A stretch of 63,821 bases of DNA, counting the filler, from Choristocarpus tenellus KU-1152 (lineage: Eukaryota; Protista; Phaeophyceae), in NCBI GenBank assembly GCA_964200185.2. It is 16 parts of 16 records of this genome, joined end to end, with 100 filler letters (N's around TTAATTAATTAA, not from the genome) between each part and the next. Parts side by side here need not be neighbours in the genome. Positions count along the whole stretch, not along the records: positions 49,864 to 53,876 come from CAXNAD020016670.1; positions 53,977 to 60,806 come from CAXNAD020007255.1; positions 60,907 to 63,821 come from CAXNAD020023684.1; 13 more parts are not named here. The stretch is one strand, 5' to 3'. Below are positions 50,525 through 63,821 of this stretch, piece by piece; position 1 is the stretch's first letter; each line of letters opens with the position of its first letter. A program made the translations under genes and the position numbers. Below the pieces are notes generated by a model. The model had not been told where the DNA came from and ran no database searches. It saw only the letters and a program-made list of their open reading frames with translations.

Positions 50525-52521
50525 ACTTCCTTCCTATGACCTTCCTATGAAAACAGTACGCCAACTTTTAAGTCTATCTCGCCTTTCTTCTTTAGTCTTG
50601 GAGGTACTAGTTTAGGACCAATTGACTTGATTCCACTTTATGAGAGGTACCCCCTTTTGATCCATAGATCAACAACATCATAGGAAACATTTTCCCATGG
50701 TCGTAGAAACCTCCACCAACAATCTCGTTGCAATTGTTGTGAATCATATTGATTGAATCGGTACGGTTCAGAAATATCGCGATTAATCGAAATCGAAAGT
50801 CGTGGGGGATTTATTTTTAATGTTCCCCCTATTATGACTTGTTTCCACAACGTGTTGCTTCCAACCTCACCAATTCATAAGATTACATTACCATCTTCAA
50901 TCTACGTTTCGGTTACGATTGGTACATCGAAATAATGTTTTTCGAACGATTTTCCACGTATAGTCATCAATATTTCAATTTATCCTGGTAGTAAGGGATA
51001 CCTCCTACACACACAGCTGAGTGAGGTTGTGTTTTCTACCAATTACAATTGAAACGGTATGTTTTTCTCATTGATCGAGTGGTACCACGTTGTGATACAT
51101 ACCACTAACGGTGTGGGTTATTTGACCTGGTTAGCCTTCAGCGGTTTCTAGTGCTGCCACGGCCCCACCGTACTTCAGAAGGAGTAAACCTAGTTGCATA
51201 ATGGAATCAAGTGTCATTTCAAGGTAAATAGTGAATACCCCTGTAAGTCAACTTTATGACCCCTAAAGCGAGTAGTGGTATCAGATAGATAGGTCAATGC
51301 TAACTACAAAGTAGTGTTTGAATCAACCGCATTGCTTCCACTCGCTAAATAGATTCAGGCACTCACCTAATGTCCCAATGATTGAGTGAGATCAGTGTTA
51401 TGACTCACAAACCAGTAAAATAATATGCACACGCTAAGATGATTGATCAATGAGACTGAAAAGTACAATAATATACCGTATATTGAGCTCTACAACCTAT
51501 TCTATCTGCAAGAGAACAGGCCACTGCCCTTCTTCGAATTTTCCCTGAAGAGGCCAAAGTGCTCAGACTATCGACATCCTTGGCACATTTTTGAGTGATT
51601 GAAGCAGACAGTGACTACTAATAAAGGGCTTGAACACAGCTCTCTTACCCACCAAAACGATGCCGATATTCTGGAGTGGAACAGCACTTACTCCCCATCA
51701 ACTGCAGTTTTTTCCTTACCATTTTCTCTGATCTCCAATGTCGAAACCTCTGGATGAGGCAGATAATGAGGCAAACAATGGTACTGAGTACAAATTTGTA
51801 TTAGTATCAATACTCCATAATTTCGCCTTTCTAAAGAAATGCTCTAGCCATACTTTCAAGTTTCTTCAAATATTTCCATTTACTACCTTGTCATTGTGTA
51901 ACCTTGACTGAGAAGGAGGAAACACACGACACAGTTGCACTGAAGTACCGCCTTGTGGATAAAATGGCACCTCCTATGGATGTGTACATGACCACACCTC
52001 AAAATAATTGGAAGTATTCTATACTTTGTGTGTGATGTGAGTAGACATACTCTCCAAGATCAATTATTCCAAACTGGCCGGGACAAAGAGTCATACCCCA
52101 TTAATGCAATACCTCCGCAAACTCATGTGCTTAATACTAAACAAAGTGCGTAGATCATCATGTTCTGTGCCTGGCCAACTACAGCCTTCTCCACTCAAGC
52201 CATTTGTGTGTGAAAGTCTAGTGATCGGTGAAAGAGGGCAGACTTGATGTGGCATCATGGCAAATGTCGACATAGCCCCTAGTTACACTTTGCTGAGAAC
52301 CCTGGTTACACTGTGCTGAGAAACAAAACCATGAGCATAGTGATCCGCACTTCTGACACTGGCATGAATCGACCTTGGCATGACTGTGCATGTGGAAGAA
52401 AGGCACCTCTGAAGCTCCGACCTGACATTTTGTGTAATATGCCAAGTGCCGAACATGGTTGCCGTACTGATGGGCATGAGACACGATTATCACAGCACAC
52501 TTGGCTCAGAGCACAAGTTAT

Positions 52522-52701
52522 GACCCAAAGTATCTGGAGGGTGGGAAGGGTCTACACCAGGGTGTCCATTTGGATCATACCACGAAAAGTGCACTTCCAT
52601 TATCCATCCGACGTATGCAACCAAATCACATAAAAATCGCAACATGAAAAATTTGACACCAAATGGACAGCCACCATTCCCCCCCCCAGATACTTTGAGC
52701 C
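52522..52701. mobile_element. MITE family A, reverse orientation
   Basis: gacccaaagtatctgg ... ccccagatactttgagcc with the family A interior. Confidence 0.88.
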
Positions 52702-54599
52702 TTACATGAAATGCCAACACTCTCATAGTGACTCTTATCCCGAGGGTTCTCCTGAAATGAAGAAGTTTTGTAACTTTGCCCAACAAAGGGCTTGCGACGA
52801 AAGGTGGAAGATCAACGACACCCGTTCAATAAATCTAGCGCTCAATCATGCTGATACATCCAGATTCATCATTTGCCCTTCTTGACGGCCAACTCACGGC
52901 CCTACTGAAATAAGTTTCGCGAGAATCTGTAATAGAAACTCTCTACAACGCTTGGAAACAGTATGGTAAGAGCTTTCAACTACCATAAGAACGACAACCC
53001 TGTTAGTACCTGAAGAAACCGACCCGAAACTCAAGAACATACAACCCCCAGCTATCGAATATTTTGAAAGTTACCGACTTGGTAGCGAAGAACAGTTGGG
53101 ATTCAAGATTTAGCTGTAGCAAAGATCGAATGAGTCGAGATTGCAACCTCTATCGGGTTGACTGAGAGTCAATTTTATTGATCATTCATACAATAAACCC
53201 CGGTAATCGTGGCAATTCCTGGATATTTAATATTGTAGCAGAGGGTACACACATTATCTCTACACAGGTGTGTCTCGATTGATCTGTAGCAAGATGCAAT
53301 GTTGTCTAACCCACTCAAAAGTAGAGTCGACATATAATCACTCATGGTATTGGCAGGTCCCATCAACTCGCCTGGAGTCCCTAAAATGACTGATAATTAG
53401 GTGTGATGAATATGTGTGAAAAGCACACACTTCAAAGTATTCCACCGAAACCGTGAAACCGTGGATATTTCATTCCGCAATCTACGGTGCCTATAACTTG
53501 AGGATCTTTGACCGAAACACGATATACTTCAAAGCTGCCTCCTTATATCGGAAACGAAGGTCGAGGCAGGCCAAGCATGGGGCAAACGATTGGAAAGGCC
53601 CCCTTGGTGGCTCCAGAGGTGGCACATTTTGCGAACTGTGAGTGCCAAGAGAAGCGTTCATGCGGATCGCTACAACTGCTAGTTGGGATAATCCCAAACT
53701 GCCCTATGTTTACGAGTAGAATTGACACAGAGGATTCTGGATTGTCTCTTTCCCTCCCTCCCTCCCTCCCTCCCTTCCTCCCTCCCTCCCTCCCTCTCCC
53801 CCCGTATAAATATTTCCCAAAAACTCGTCCTGTAAATGGGATGACTGGGACAAGCTGAGAAAGGGGCAATGAAGCTNNNNNNNNNNNNNNNNNNNNNNNN
53901 NNNNNNNNNNNNNNNNNNNNTTAATTAATTAANNNNNNNNNNNNNNNNNNNNNNNNNNNNNNNNNNNNNNNNNNNNGTATTGGGTCATGAGAAGGGATGG
54001 GGTAAGCTGCCTCTCATTTTCCCCCCCCCCCCCCCCCCCCAAGAAAAAAAAAAAGAAGTGTAAGAAAGGTTCTATTATCATCTTCATGAGAGAGTCTCGC
54101 TAACACATTGCTATCTTCCGTATTGCCTTCCACGTTTTTTCGTCTTCTTTATGTGCTTGACCTTGTGGTAATTGGTGTATATCCTGATTCATCATGCATG
54201 CCAGTACTGCAGGGGGCGGATAGGAACTGAATGTGCCCTATCGACTCAATGTTTAATTTAAGATTGGCTGCCCTGTTGGTGTATATGTTGTGATTTGTAT
54301 CAATCCCCTCAGCTGGCTCTGTACTTTTTTGTATTGTTATTAATCTCAACATGGGCAATCACAACTGACATGTACCACTTCAAGAAAAGAAGTATCTAAT
54401 TGAAGTCAAGGGAAAATTGTTCTGAGACTGGCACGTTTACAATTCTTCTCAGGTTTAAATCTTTTCCACTGGCAAAGTGTTGGAACACTGAATTAAGAGC
54501 ACGGTTCAAAATGGGTCCCGCTTCAACCACGTTGACCCTCTTACAATGGTGTTCCTTTCTATTTTCCAGTTACAGATTATCAAATGTTTAGATAACGAC

Positions 54600-54900
54600 T
54601 GCTCAATCAGGGCAGATAGTGGACCAACCCAACTGTCTGTCTAGTGGAACAGCGGTATTGAAATATTTGACAAAATCAGAGGCCATTAGTCCTGGGTTGA
54701 AGTCTCGCCCTGACTGCTCTCCCGACTCCTTACTGAAGGAGTATAGCGGTAGATTGTGATCGGATTGTCCTGGTGTCAGGCCTGAGGGATCAATGCCAAA
54801 AAAAAACCCCAACCCCTTGGGGAGAACGTGTCATCACAAATAGTGAGGTGATGGTGCTCTGATTGAAGTCAGGTAGGACTACACCCTCTGAAATCCCCAA
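54600..54900 (-). mobile_element. Degenerate APE endonuclease end of an L1/Tx1-like LINE
   Basis: KGLGFFFG...QSDHNLPLYSF...RDFNPGLMASDFVKYF resembles sRlDyff...SDH......W.fN..Ll.d..f. Confidence 0.3.
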
Positions 54901-55699
54901 GTTTTACAGGTATGACTGTATCACTGGGGCAGATAGTGGTCTTGCGGAGTACTGTGTAACCCGGTACTTTAGTGGTACTTTAGTGGTACATAATCTCAAT
55001 ACTTGACACACCCTTGACTTGGACCACCTCGCTCCTGAGGGTTGTGTTAATTGAAATTGAAGTAGTAGATGAAAGTTTAGCTGTTGGGCCCTCTGCACCG
55101 AAGGTACCATCAGTAGTTGGTAGTGCATGGAATTAAGTACAAAGTAGTAGCCCTGTGGGTAGGTCGTACTGGTGGGGGAAATTCTTTGCAGGGGCTTACG
55201 TATTTGGGTTGTTAGGTTGAAAATAATTCTGGCCTATCCTAAATCTTTCTTGGTACATTTCTGTTTGGAGGTCTCTAACATTGGATGGAATATGCCAAGT
55301 ATCCTGTTCCCCTCCTGAAACCCCAGGACTGATCCCCCAAAATCCTGATCACCTTTACAGCCTTTAAGTCAGAAAATGATGGGGATCTGTTGAGGGCTTT
55401 TGAGGAAATTCGAAATTTTGACACAGTGTCTTGATTTTGATGAGTCCCAACTGTATCGAAATCCGCGCCGGCCCTTCTCATTCCTCCAGTTCAGGATATG
55501 CAATGGCAAAGTTTGTGTGGGTAGAGAGGTCTCTACAGTTAGGGTTATTTCTGGAGATGAAATTTCGATAGCGAGAGACTTTTTAGTCCTCTTTCTGAAA
55601 GAAACGTCCTGGTACTTGCAACAAGTTTTTGCAATGAGTTGGGAACCTTCAGGCTAAAAATCTCTGTTGTTCCAAAAGTAATGCATAGACTGTATATTT

Positions 55700-57745
55700 A
55701 ACCATATCCCTAACCCTGAAGATGTCGAGATGGTATTGAGATTGTGTGATTGGTTCACCGTGTAATGTCCAACCCTAACCCTAACCTCTCTCGACGTGGC
55801 CTTGCAGAGGTGGGGGAAAGCCCTACTTTGGTTTTTTGCTATCTTAACCCTAAGTTACAGATATTGTCACAGTTATTGGTGTGAGTGTGTTTTTGTGCTG
55901 GGCTTATCCCATGTGCCCAACCCTAACCCTAACAAGTCTGTACAATAATCTTTTCAATTTTTTTTTTCTGATGTATGTTACACAGTGTCGTGGATTCCAA
56001 TTGGATACCTTCGCAAGGAATGAGGGGGATGGAAATAAAATTGCACACTTCAAGTTTGTATTCAGTCCCTACGGAGCTGGTGAGTTGTCAGGGTAGGGTT
56101 AGGGTTATAGGGTAGGGAAGAGGAGGGGAAGAATATCTCATTCTTTTTTTAAACACAGGGTGTACACTCTCTTTGACTGCCAGGATCTTGTGAAGGAAGG
56201 TAAATGTTTATATCTCTAGCAGACTGGTTAAATCAGAGTCAGAGGCAGGGTCAGGGTCAGACGAAGTTTGTGATGTCTATGCTGTTCCTGGAGTTGAATA
56301 GCCAATTGTGTTTTTGGGGTAGTGGAGAGGAAGGCGGGTCAGAGGAATTGGTTTAGTGTTAGTGGGAGAAAGGGGGCATGTTTTTCATTAAGCGTAGAGT
56401 AGTTAGAGTTAGGGTTAGGGTTAGTTCATTGTAATTGAAGTGGTGTGTTTTGTGTGCAGGATGAGGGTTAGGGTTAGGGTTTGCAGAGGACAAGAATGAC
56501 CTGTGCGAGGCCTTGACACACCTGTACTGTAGTTGTAAGCACTGGTCCTTGGCCCTTTACTCACTTCATGTGAGATAGTTCCAGTGTAGTGCATAGTTTT
56601 TATTCAAGTTCAAGGTCAGGGTTTGTATAACTGGCAGTTTGCCCACCTCACACACAGACCAGAAGATCCTTCCGAGGCGTGACAACTCTACGGTTCAGTT
56701 CATTTTTAGAGATACTTATGACAGCCTGGGTGATGATGATTGTGTGTCTGTGAGGATAAGCTTGGTATATATATTTTTTCATGCTTGTTCAAGGTTTTGC
56801 TTGGGTAGGGTAGGGATAGGGCTAGGGTGTATGCAGTGAGTAGTGGATAAGGGTTAGGTTTTGGCCTTGCACCACTCCAAGTTGTTGGAGAATGGAAGGC
56901 ATTTCTGATTCAAACCCTAACCCTGCGTAATGCCTTCAATTGTTAGGGCCATACTTAGCCCGAACCCTAAGCTTGAAGTATACTCAGTTCCTCTACATTT
57001 AACTAGGGTTAGGGTTAGGATTATACTTTGGGGGCATATCAGCATATAAGTCTGATGCTTGGGATGCAGGTCCACCTGTGCCTCACACCTCACTCACCCC
57101 CCCCCTCTCTCCCCCCCAAAATAAACCGCTTATTGTATCTCTTCTTGATGCTGCACAGATAGTGCGCGGATTCGTTCTGTACTTGACGTGCTTCACGATC
57201 GAGGGAGGTTGAGTGTACGGCTGGCATGTAACGGGGGACCAACTTTGTGCTATCCATTGGGACAAGTAATGGAGTACCGCATTCGGCATGTGGGAAGGGT
57301 CGTCTTCAGCCCCAGGGAGCAGGTCAGGGTCAGGGTCAGGGGTGCCCAATGGAATGGGTGGGAATGGCTCAGAGAAGGTGTAGTGTTGGGCTTTGATTCC
57401 TCCTAGAAACGTTCCATTGTCCTTTGTGTTGATGGAAGGACCAGGCTTGTTGAAATGAAGAAGAGGGGTGTATATTTTTGAACTGTTGCCTTTGTTTGCA
57501 GTTTACCGGTGAAACGCAAATGTGTTTTGGGGTGGGGGTTCGTGTTGTTTTGTCAATTTTTTAAAGAATTGAGTTGGATGTGACTTTTATTGTTAAACTG
57601 TTTAGAGTTAGGGTTAGACTCTTGTTGGCTTTTTTATTGAAGTAAGCCGCAGGGAATCATTCAGAGTGTATAGAAGAGTATTTGGGGGGTTTCAATTGTT
57701 GAATAAAGGTGTTGGAATATGCGTTGGAGGTAGGTTAGGGTTAGT
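55700..57745. repeat. Cluster of short interstitial telomere-like (TTAGGG/CCCTAA)1-3 motifs on both strands
   Basis: Occurs at ~55771, 55919, 56092, 56403, 56465, 56912, 57004, 57602 and 57733, with a TCAGGG variant at ~57324; also at 48497-48519. Confidence 0.8.
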
Positions 57746-57944
57746 AAAGACGATTTCCAATTGAAGGGGTAAAACTCTTTCATGACCAGGCACTTGTCTT
57801 TGAAGAAAGATAATGAGTACATCGGATCGTTCGAAACCTGAGGAACTTTCTAGGTGGCATGGTGTATGACGGGGCAGTATGATGAGAGTTTGTCAACAAG
57901 AATAGTGCAAGGCCTTGCCCCAGGCAAGGTGGTTCGCAGGTTAC

Positions 57945-58760
57945 AAACTGGTCCATGAGTGTACAGACCGAAATGTAGAAACAATTGATAGGGAACCAAA
58001 ATCTTTCAGAAATTTGCTGAATCAGGCTGCCATACGGACCGGACTTTTTCGGAACCTCTGCGAACCAGGACCAGACCTTCCACTAAGGCCATGAATCATG
58101 TTGTAGTCTGGACAGATCCTATTTTCCAATCCTCTTCTTCAGCCCTGGATACATTCTAGAGTGCATGAACCTTTCCACTGACCGAACTGGGTCTTTCACA
58201 AACCTCAGTGAGCTCACTCCAAGCCTTTTAGAAACACTTTAAACTGGACTGGTCAAGTCAAAACACATCAGGCTAAGCCCTCCCTTGCTTTCGTGTGACT
58301 GCTGAGCACGGACTATTATAATACATAGTGGATCAGACTCCAATGTGGGCAATATGATTGCATGTATAGTAAGTCAAATAAGAACAGTGATGATACCACA
58401 CATGGACATGATGCATGCATGTGGACTAGCGAGCATGTACCACACACTGTAATCGGTGTCAGTATAAGTAGAATGGTACATGCTAAAAAACGATTTCCAT
58501 GACCCAAACAAGTTACATCTGGACTGACTCTTCCAATCGGATCAGTTCATTGGGGTCAGACTGGTCTGGGATTGAGACTGCTCCGGGATTGAATGGTCTG
58601 GACCGGACCTTCAATATTCAACCAAACTGGGCTACATTTCAGGTTAATTTTCGGAGGTGTATGGAGCCAGTCTCTCCTGACTGGACCGGACCTTTTGAAG
58701 TCCTCTGTGGGCCATGACCTTTCCTTTTGTAGCCGCCCAGTCCGATTCAGAGCCATGAGA
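57945..58760. mobile_element. Degenerate non-autonomous DNA-transposon-like element rich in GGACC/GGTCC/GACTG motifs
   Basis: Many ggaccggac/ctggtc-type motifs cluster in both terminal thirds; no clean TIR or TSD was found. Confidence 0.3.
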
Positions 58761-59419
58761 AATCAAAGATTAGTAGGATGGTATGCTGGTTCAAGGAGAT
58801 ATTTAGAAAGGGAAAGTTGAAATCATTTTACTGTTGAAGGTTTCTTGTGCTGTCTTGCCTACTGTAGTGTCTTGCCGACCAAGGGTTAAGGTCAGAGTGC
58901 CATGTTTTCTACACTCTTAAAAATGAGGTCCTCTACTGGTTGGCATGCCCCAACGACTCCAGTGATGAACATGAAATGTTGATTCTGGGGGGGGGGGGGG
59001 AAGTGAGAGTAGGGTAATTGGAAGAGTGCTGTTGAGTGGAGGGTTTGATAGAGTTCTGGTGAGGATGAGGAAAAAGGAATGAAAATGATACCCCTGCCCA
59101 ATATGAGAATATTTCGTTTTTGAAGGCGCTCCTCTTACATTGTTGTGCAGGTAAGTTAGATTGGATGTAAATTCGACAACCTAGTTGAAACACCAGGCAG
59201 GGATAGGGGAGATCACTACCCATTTTTTGTCATCATGGAGGGGGGTTAGTGGCCAAAACTCCATTTACATCCATAGTGCATAGTATAAGTAGAATAATAC
59301 ATTTATGGCTCTATAGCACTCTGTTGCCTTGTACATGTTCTCAGTAGGTCCAGGAGTACCCCAACCCTAACCGTCACCTTGGGAATGAGAGGAGTCCAAC
59401 CATAAAGTTTGATGGTATT

Positions 59420-60170
59420 CTTTACCTAGTTGTCCATATGATGTATCTGCCAGTTCATATAATGCAAGGTTTCCTCTTGTCCACAACACCTGACTGCTGT
59501 CCTTAAAATGTCTTTTATGTTTTCTTGCAGGCAAAGGGAGATCACTTGTACATCCTCAGCCTCAAGGGGCGAACGCTGTTTTCCATCTTGGCATAACGCT
59601 GTTTTCCATCTTGGAATAACGACAATTGGCCCCAAGAAGCACTTCAATCCTGCAGTACGCTATTGTCTATTGCTGTGATAAGGGAATTGCCCCATAAGAG
59701 GTGTCCATGGGACTGTTGAATGATACACAGCATGAAGAGGATGAATATCAGTACCTTTTTTGTGGAAGAAAATGGTCACCTATTCTTAGGTGTCTATGCA
59801 TGTTTGAAGTTATGGTTAGGGTGGAAGCCAAGAGGTGCAAATCATTAAGAATTTTCGGTAAATTATTATCAATGGAAAATATCCCTGTGGGGCACCATAG
59901 GAGGAGAGAGAGTAATCATAATCGACAGAGAAAAGTGTGGCTTGAAGAGGAATATCTCATTGTCTTGGTTTGTTATGAGTGGGTAGTTATTTAGTAGATG
60001 AAATGGTCATGAGTGCTGAATGTAATATGTTTCGCCCTTTCTATGTCGATACATACATGGATGTATTGTCACCAAGTTGCTGTATACATCATATGCCTGT
60101 AGGGACATGTTGGTTGACTATACTTCTATGTGGTGCAACCAGTCACCTTCTATTTTGTTCTCACTTGTAG
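59420..60170 (-). mobile_element. Possible hAT-like transposase remnant
   Basis: Broken frames with TCID (CxxH-like position) followed by IPRW...RYAKME (TRWns.y.Ml-like). Confidence 0.2.
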
Positions 60171-60906
60171 CCCTGGGCTTGCCTTTTCATTGTTAATGTG
60201 ACTCTGTAGCACTCTGACGCGGTGCGATCACTGTGGTTGTGTTAACTGAGGTCTACTTATTCTAGTGTCTTCTGGTAGTGATGCTTTATCCTCAGAACAG
60301 AGTCCCTATACCATCCAGGTGGAAGCCCTGTGTTCCTCCATTGACGTTCTTACAGATAGAATGGTCCTTTCAAGAACGTAACTTGGGCTTCAGGTTAAGA
60401 GAGTTGCGAGCAGATATCCTGTTCTCTGTGTTTCTTCATGAGAGTTTTTTTTTTTAGTCATTTTGAGTGCGATGTTGGCGTTATGCCTTGAAGCGGTATT
60501 GCACCACTTCGATTTCATAGACAGGGCTTGTAGTGTGCTGATGTCAGTGGTGGGCAGTGCCATAGAAAATACCAGACTCTTTTTTGAATTGTCTTTTGAA
60601 GAGGTTGTCCATCGTTTTTCCTGGGTTTCGAAATCGTTAAAAGTATGTAGTTTTATTCTTTCAATGTGCAGGAATTGCCCATCTACGCCCCCCCCCCCTA
60701 ACACTCCCTTCCAGTGAGGTACAGTGTTTTTTTCTTCTTGCCCATCCCACAGCTGTGTAAGACGACAGTAATGGTGATCGTTTGAAGATATTTGAGCGCC
60801 TTTATGNNNNNNNNNNNNNNNNNNNNNNNNNNNNNNNNNNNNNNNNNNNNTTAATTAATTAANNNNNNNNNNNNNNNNNNNNNNNNNNNNNNNNNNNNNN
60901 NNNNNN

Positions 60907-60975
60907 ATCAAAATCGCAACATTGGATTTTGGCCGCCAAATGGACGCGGCTCTACCCTCTAAGATACTTTGGCTC
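60907..60975. mobile_element. MITE family B right end, truncated by a gap
   Basis: aaatggacgcggctctaccctctaagatactttggctc. Confidence 0.85.
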
Positions 60976-61911
60976 ATTCCCAAGAAGAAAAGTGCGTGGT
61001 TGATGGGATATGAACCCCTAGAACTTCCTCCAAAGAACACCTTCCATTGACCACTAACTTATTTACCATCCCTAAACAACACATTGCACAAATGGTACTC
61101 TCCAAACATTCAAATGTGCTTGGCAAATGATAACACGAGAGAGAGTGGTAGGACTACAAATAAATGTCCACAAGTTCGTGTTCAGCAAGAAAAAAAAAGG
61201 GGGATTACAAAAACTGAGAAAATGAGATTCTACTGTTGTTTTTAACGACAACATGTCGAGTACGGCAAACATTTCACACCCTTGACAAAATATAGTCTAC
61301 ACTATGTTGCGTCTGTATGACTGGACGAAAACGTAAATGTAAATGTATATACTACTATATTGCAAGTTGTCTTATTAGAGCTAGTATAAAACAGTAATTA
61401 TCTTATTTTTCTCGCTTTCAAATACACTACAAAGATATCATACGATAGTGCAACCCTTGTTGACATTTCCAAAGGAGATCATCTGTACTCTCTACCTTTT
61501 CTTCTTTTCCCCTACATAATACAGAACACCTACAAATACAATACAATACTACTACTGTGTGCAGTATCTGTAACACTGGTCCGTTCCAAAACATACATTT
61601 GTCATTATTATATAGTATGTACCTAATATCTAGCGAAATGTTTAATTCAACCATCTGAAAGTGTATATGGAAAGCAAGGCTTATATTATTAGACCCTCTG
61701 ACATTTTGAGATGCGGCAGGGAAAAGCCAAAACCAATATATCACAAGGACAAGTGCAGAAGTAACAGTTGTAAATGTGTAAGATATCTCTCCAGAACGTA
61801 AGTACTTTTTGAGTACCACCTATATTACAAACGCTCCCTAAAGGTCAATATTTACAATGATATGTGTGTACATTCCTCTATGTCTCCAACCTAACTTAGT
61901 CCTACACAAGT

Positions 61912-62110
61912 GGCGGAGGACCTAGGGAAGCATCCCAAGAATCTGACAGGCTCCCTCTTGCCCATCTCCCTGGTGTATCTCTAGCTCAAAACACATTTTA
62001 AACGTTTCGAGAGAGCTACTTGTGTAGTGACAGACGCTATTTGTTGTAAGCGGGATTGGACAATCCTTTTCCTGCTATATCCTCCCAACCCTCTCTCCCC
62101 CACTACATGT
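61912..62110 (-). mobile_element. Degenerate 3' end of the CRE-like LINE
   Basis: ctagggaagcatccc.agaatct...cttgcccatctcc.tggtg...ctatttgt.gta.gcg.gatt aligns with 34355-34520. Confidence 0.7.
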
Positions 62111-63074
62111 GCAGCCAACTCATCCAGAGAACATTCTACCTGCTTACCGAGACGTCAGGGTTGTCAGTTTATGGTTCGTGTTGGTCTTGTCCGTCTAATC
62201 ATACGATTCATAGTAGCATATTTTTAATATATAGAAGATAGTGAGGGGAGGTGGTTACAATCTTGTTGAGGACTGGTTGAAGAAGAAAATATTCCGATAC
62301 TGAAGTGAGCAAACATCATTTGATGAAGAAAAATATAGGAGTGAACAGTTTTACACAGCATCACTATCTCTCACAACAGTTTATTAACGAAAAACAGCGA
62401 CAACGTAGTGTTGCTTTCGAAATCCCAACTCACAGCGACATATTTATAGTGTTACTACATAGGTTCATACTCTTCTAAATACAAACTGTATATCTGTACT
62501 ATCTTGTACTGTAGGTATTCTTACACTACTATTGTTGTAGCGTATAGGAAATAACTTCAAGTAAATAGGACTAGGAGGAATCAGTTGCTAAGTGCTGTCC
62601 TCCACATTTTTTTAGAGGGTGCTCTAAATGCATAGGACGCATTCTCCCCTTTTCGTCTCGCTTGGGAGCAATTGAAGTGTGCTTTTCGCCTGCTACTGGT
62701 CAATGGCTACCCTCACAATCACACAATGAGGTAAAACCTATGGTAGATTACTTGTGTAGAACAAAATCTATCCCCCAGAGATATTTTCCACAGTCTAGAT
62801 AAGAGTAGGGAATAGGATGTGATGGAGTACTGGTCGTGGGATTGAATGCCACCGACCCCTGATTATGTATGTGATTTGAATGCACTGCTCTTAAGTCACA
62901 CATTAAACTCTCTCTACCCGCATTCGATGGAGTTACGTCGCACTCTGCCGTACTACATAGTACTTCGTTGATTTGCTGTGCCTCACCTTAAATGATCGAA
63001 AGGAATCCCCCAATTCTTCATTCTACACAGTATTGTAACACTTTGTCACCATCTTGTTGATAAGGGCGAGGTCT

Positions 63075-63256
63075 GGCTCAAGGTATCTGGGGGGGGTGAC
63101 GACTGTCCATTTGGGGCCCAAACTTCCATGTCGCGATTTTTGGGCAATTTGATTGCATGCGTCGGATGGATAACTTAAGCGCACTTCTCCTAGTCAGGGC
63201 CTGAATGGACACCCTGATGTAGACCCCCCCCCCCCACCCCCCGGATTCTTCGAGCC
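63075..63256. mobile_element. MITE family A, TSD TCT
   Basis: tct|GGCTCAAGGTATCTGGGGGG ... CCGGATTCTTCGAGCC|tct. Confidence 0.9.
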
Positions 63257-63821
63257 TCTTGCTGGTGCCATAGTTTGCCTATGCGCTCGCCTTTGGCATC
63301 AACGCCACATATTAATATTGAATTCGAGGGTCTCGTGGTTCCGTAAGGTCCTTAGTCAGACAGTAGGTAGATGGAGGAGGTGGTGTCGCGCATGGGACGC
63401 GATTATCTTCCTTTCATGTTGATAATAGCGTAATGTGTAGAATTGCAAACAGAAGGAGAGGTCTTGGAGCATGCGTAGATGAGTAACCTATTTGTTACGA
63501 AGTAATGCTTTTGGCAATCTTGACCCTTCATCTCTACAGTTCTATTGGTGACAACTTCCGCCTCACGAAGTACAAACTACTGGATCATTTTTCACATGGC
63601 CTTATCTCAACTCCAAAAGCCATGCCTGTCTTGTATATGCATCTCTACCGGGACGGCCTATCGATGACAAGTTCAATTGACTCGCACAGAGTTTGGGGCA
63701 GCCACGCCCGACAAACACAAAAGGCATGCGAATCAAGGTAATTTGATTCTACCCCCAAATCCTACCCACTTGGCGTCATCACACATTTTATCTGTGGAAT
63801 ATATCTCCTTGTTAGGTGAGA

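Noticed and set aside
51500-52500. Possible integrase/transposase remnant (PFYPQGG)
   Set aside because: A single short motif without supporting context.
9558-60906. Recurring TTAATTAATTAA palindrome as a biological repeat or recombination site
   Set aside because: It is always centred in exactly 44+44 Ns and is a six-frame-stop assembly linker.

Overview
Fragmented eukaryotic genomic DNA, most likely a photosynthetic stramenopile (brown-alga-like). This assignment is inferred from many short GT-AG exons, a thylakoid-lumen protein gene and scattered TTAGGG motifs. The window consists of 16 pieces joined by an artificial 100-bp linker (N44-TTAATTAATTAA-N44), so adjacency across linkers is uncertain. 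Host genes supported by hand-spliced exons are: a LETM1-domain last exon; a head-to-head pair consisting of a complete 4-exon membrane protein and a signal-peptide/PDZ/PA-domain protein; the last exon of ribosomal protein L7/L12; three exons of a TPM-domain thylakoid lumen 15-kDa protein; one ATG1-like kinase exon; a PX-domain protein; and the 5' part of RPAP2/Rtr1. Most of the rest is transposon-derived. There is an intron-containing, frameshifted Sola-type DDD transposase. Three MITE families (15 copies) share an AAAGTA terminal core and tend to have 3-bp TCT/AGA target duplications. CRE- and L1-like LINE remnants, Tc1/IS630-like remnants, several tandem repeats and a ~1.1-kb imperfect palindrome are also present. 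The most speculative observation is a degenerate beta-class amino-DNA-methyltransferase-like coding remnant near the Sola element. All protein family calls come from motif recognition by eye; no search was run.
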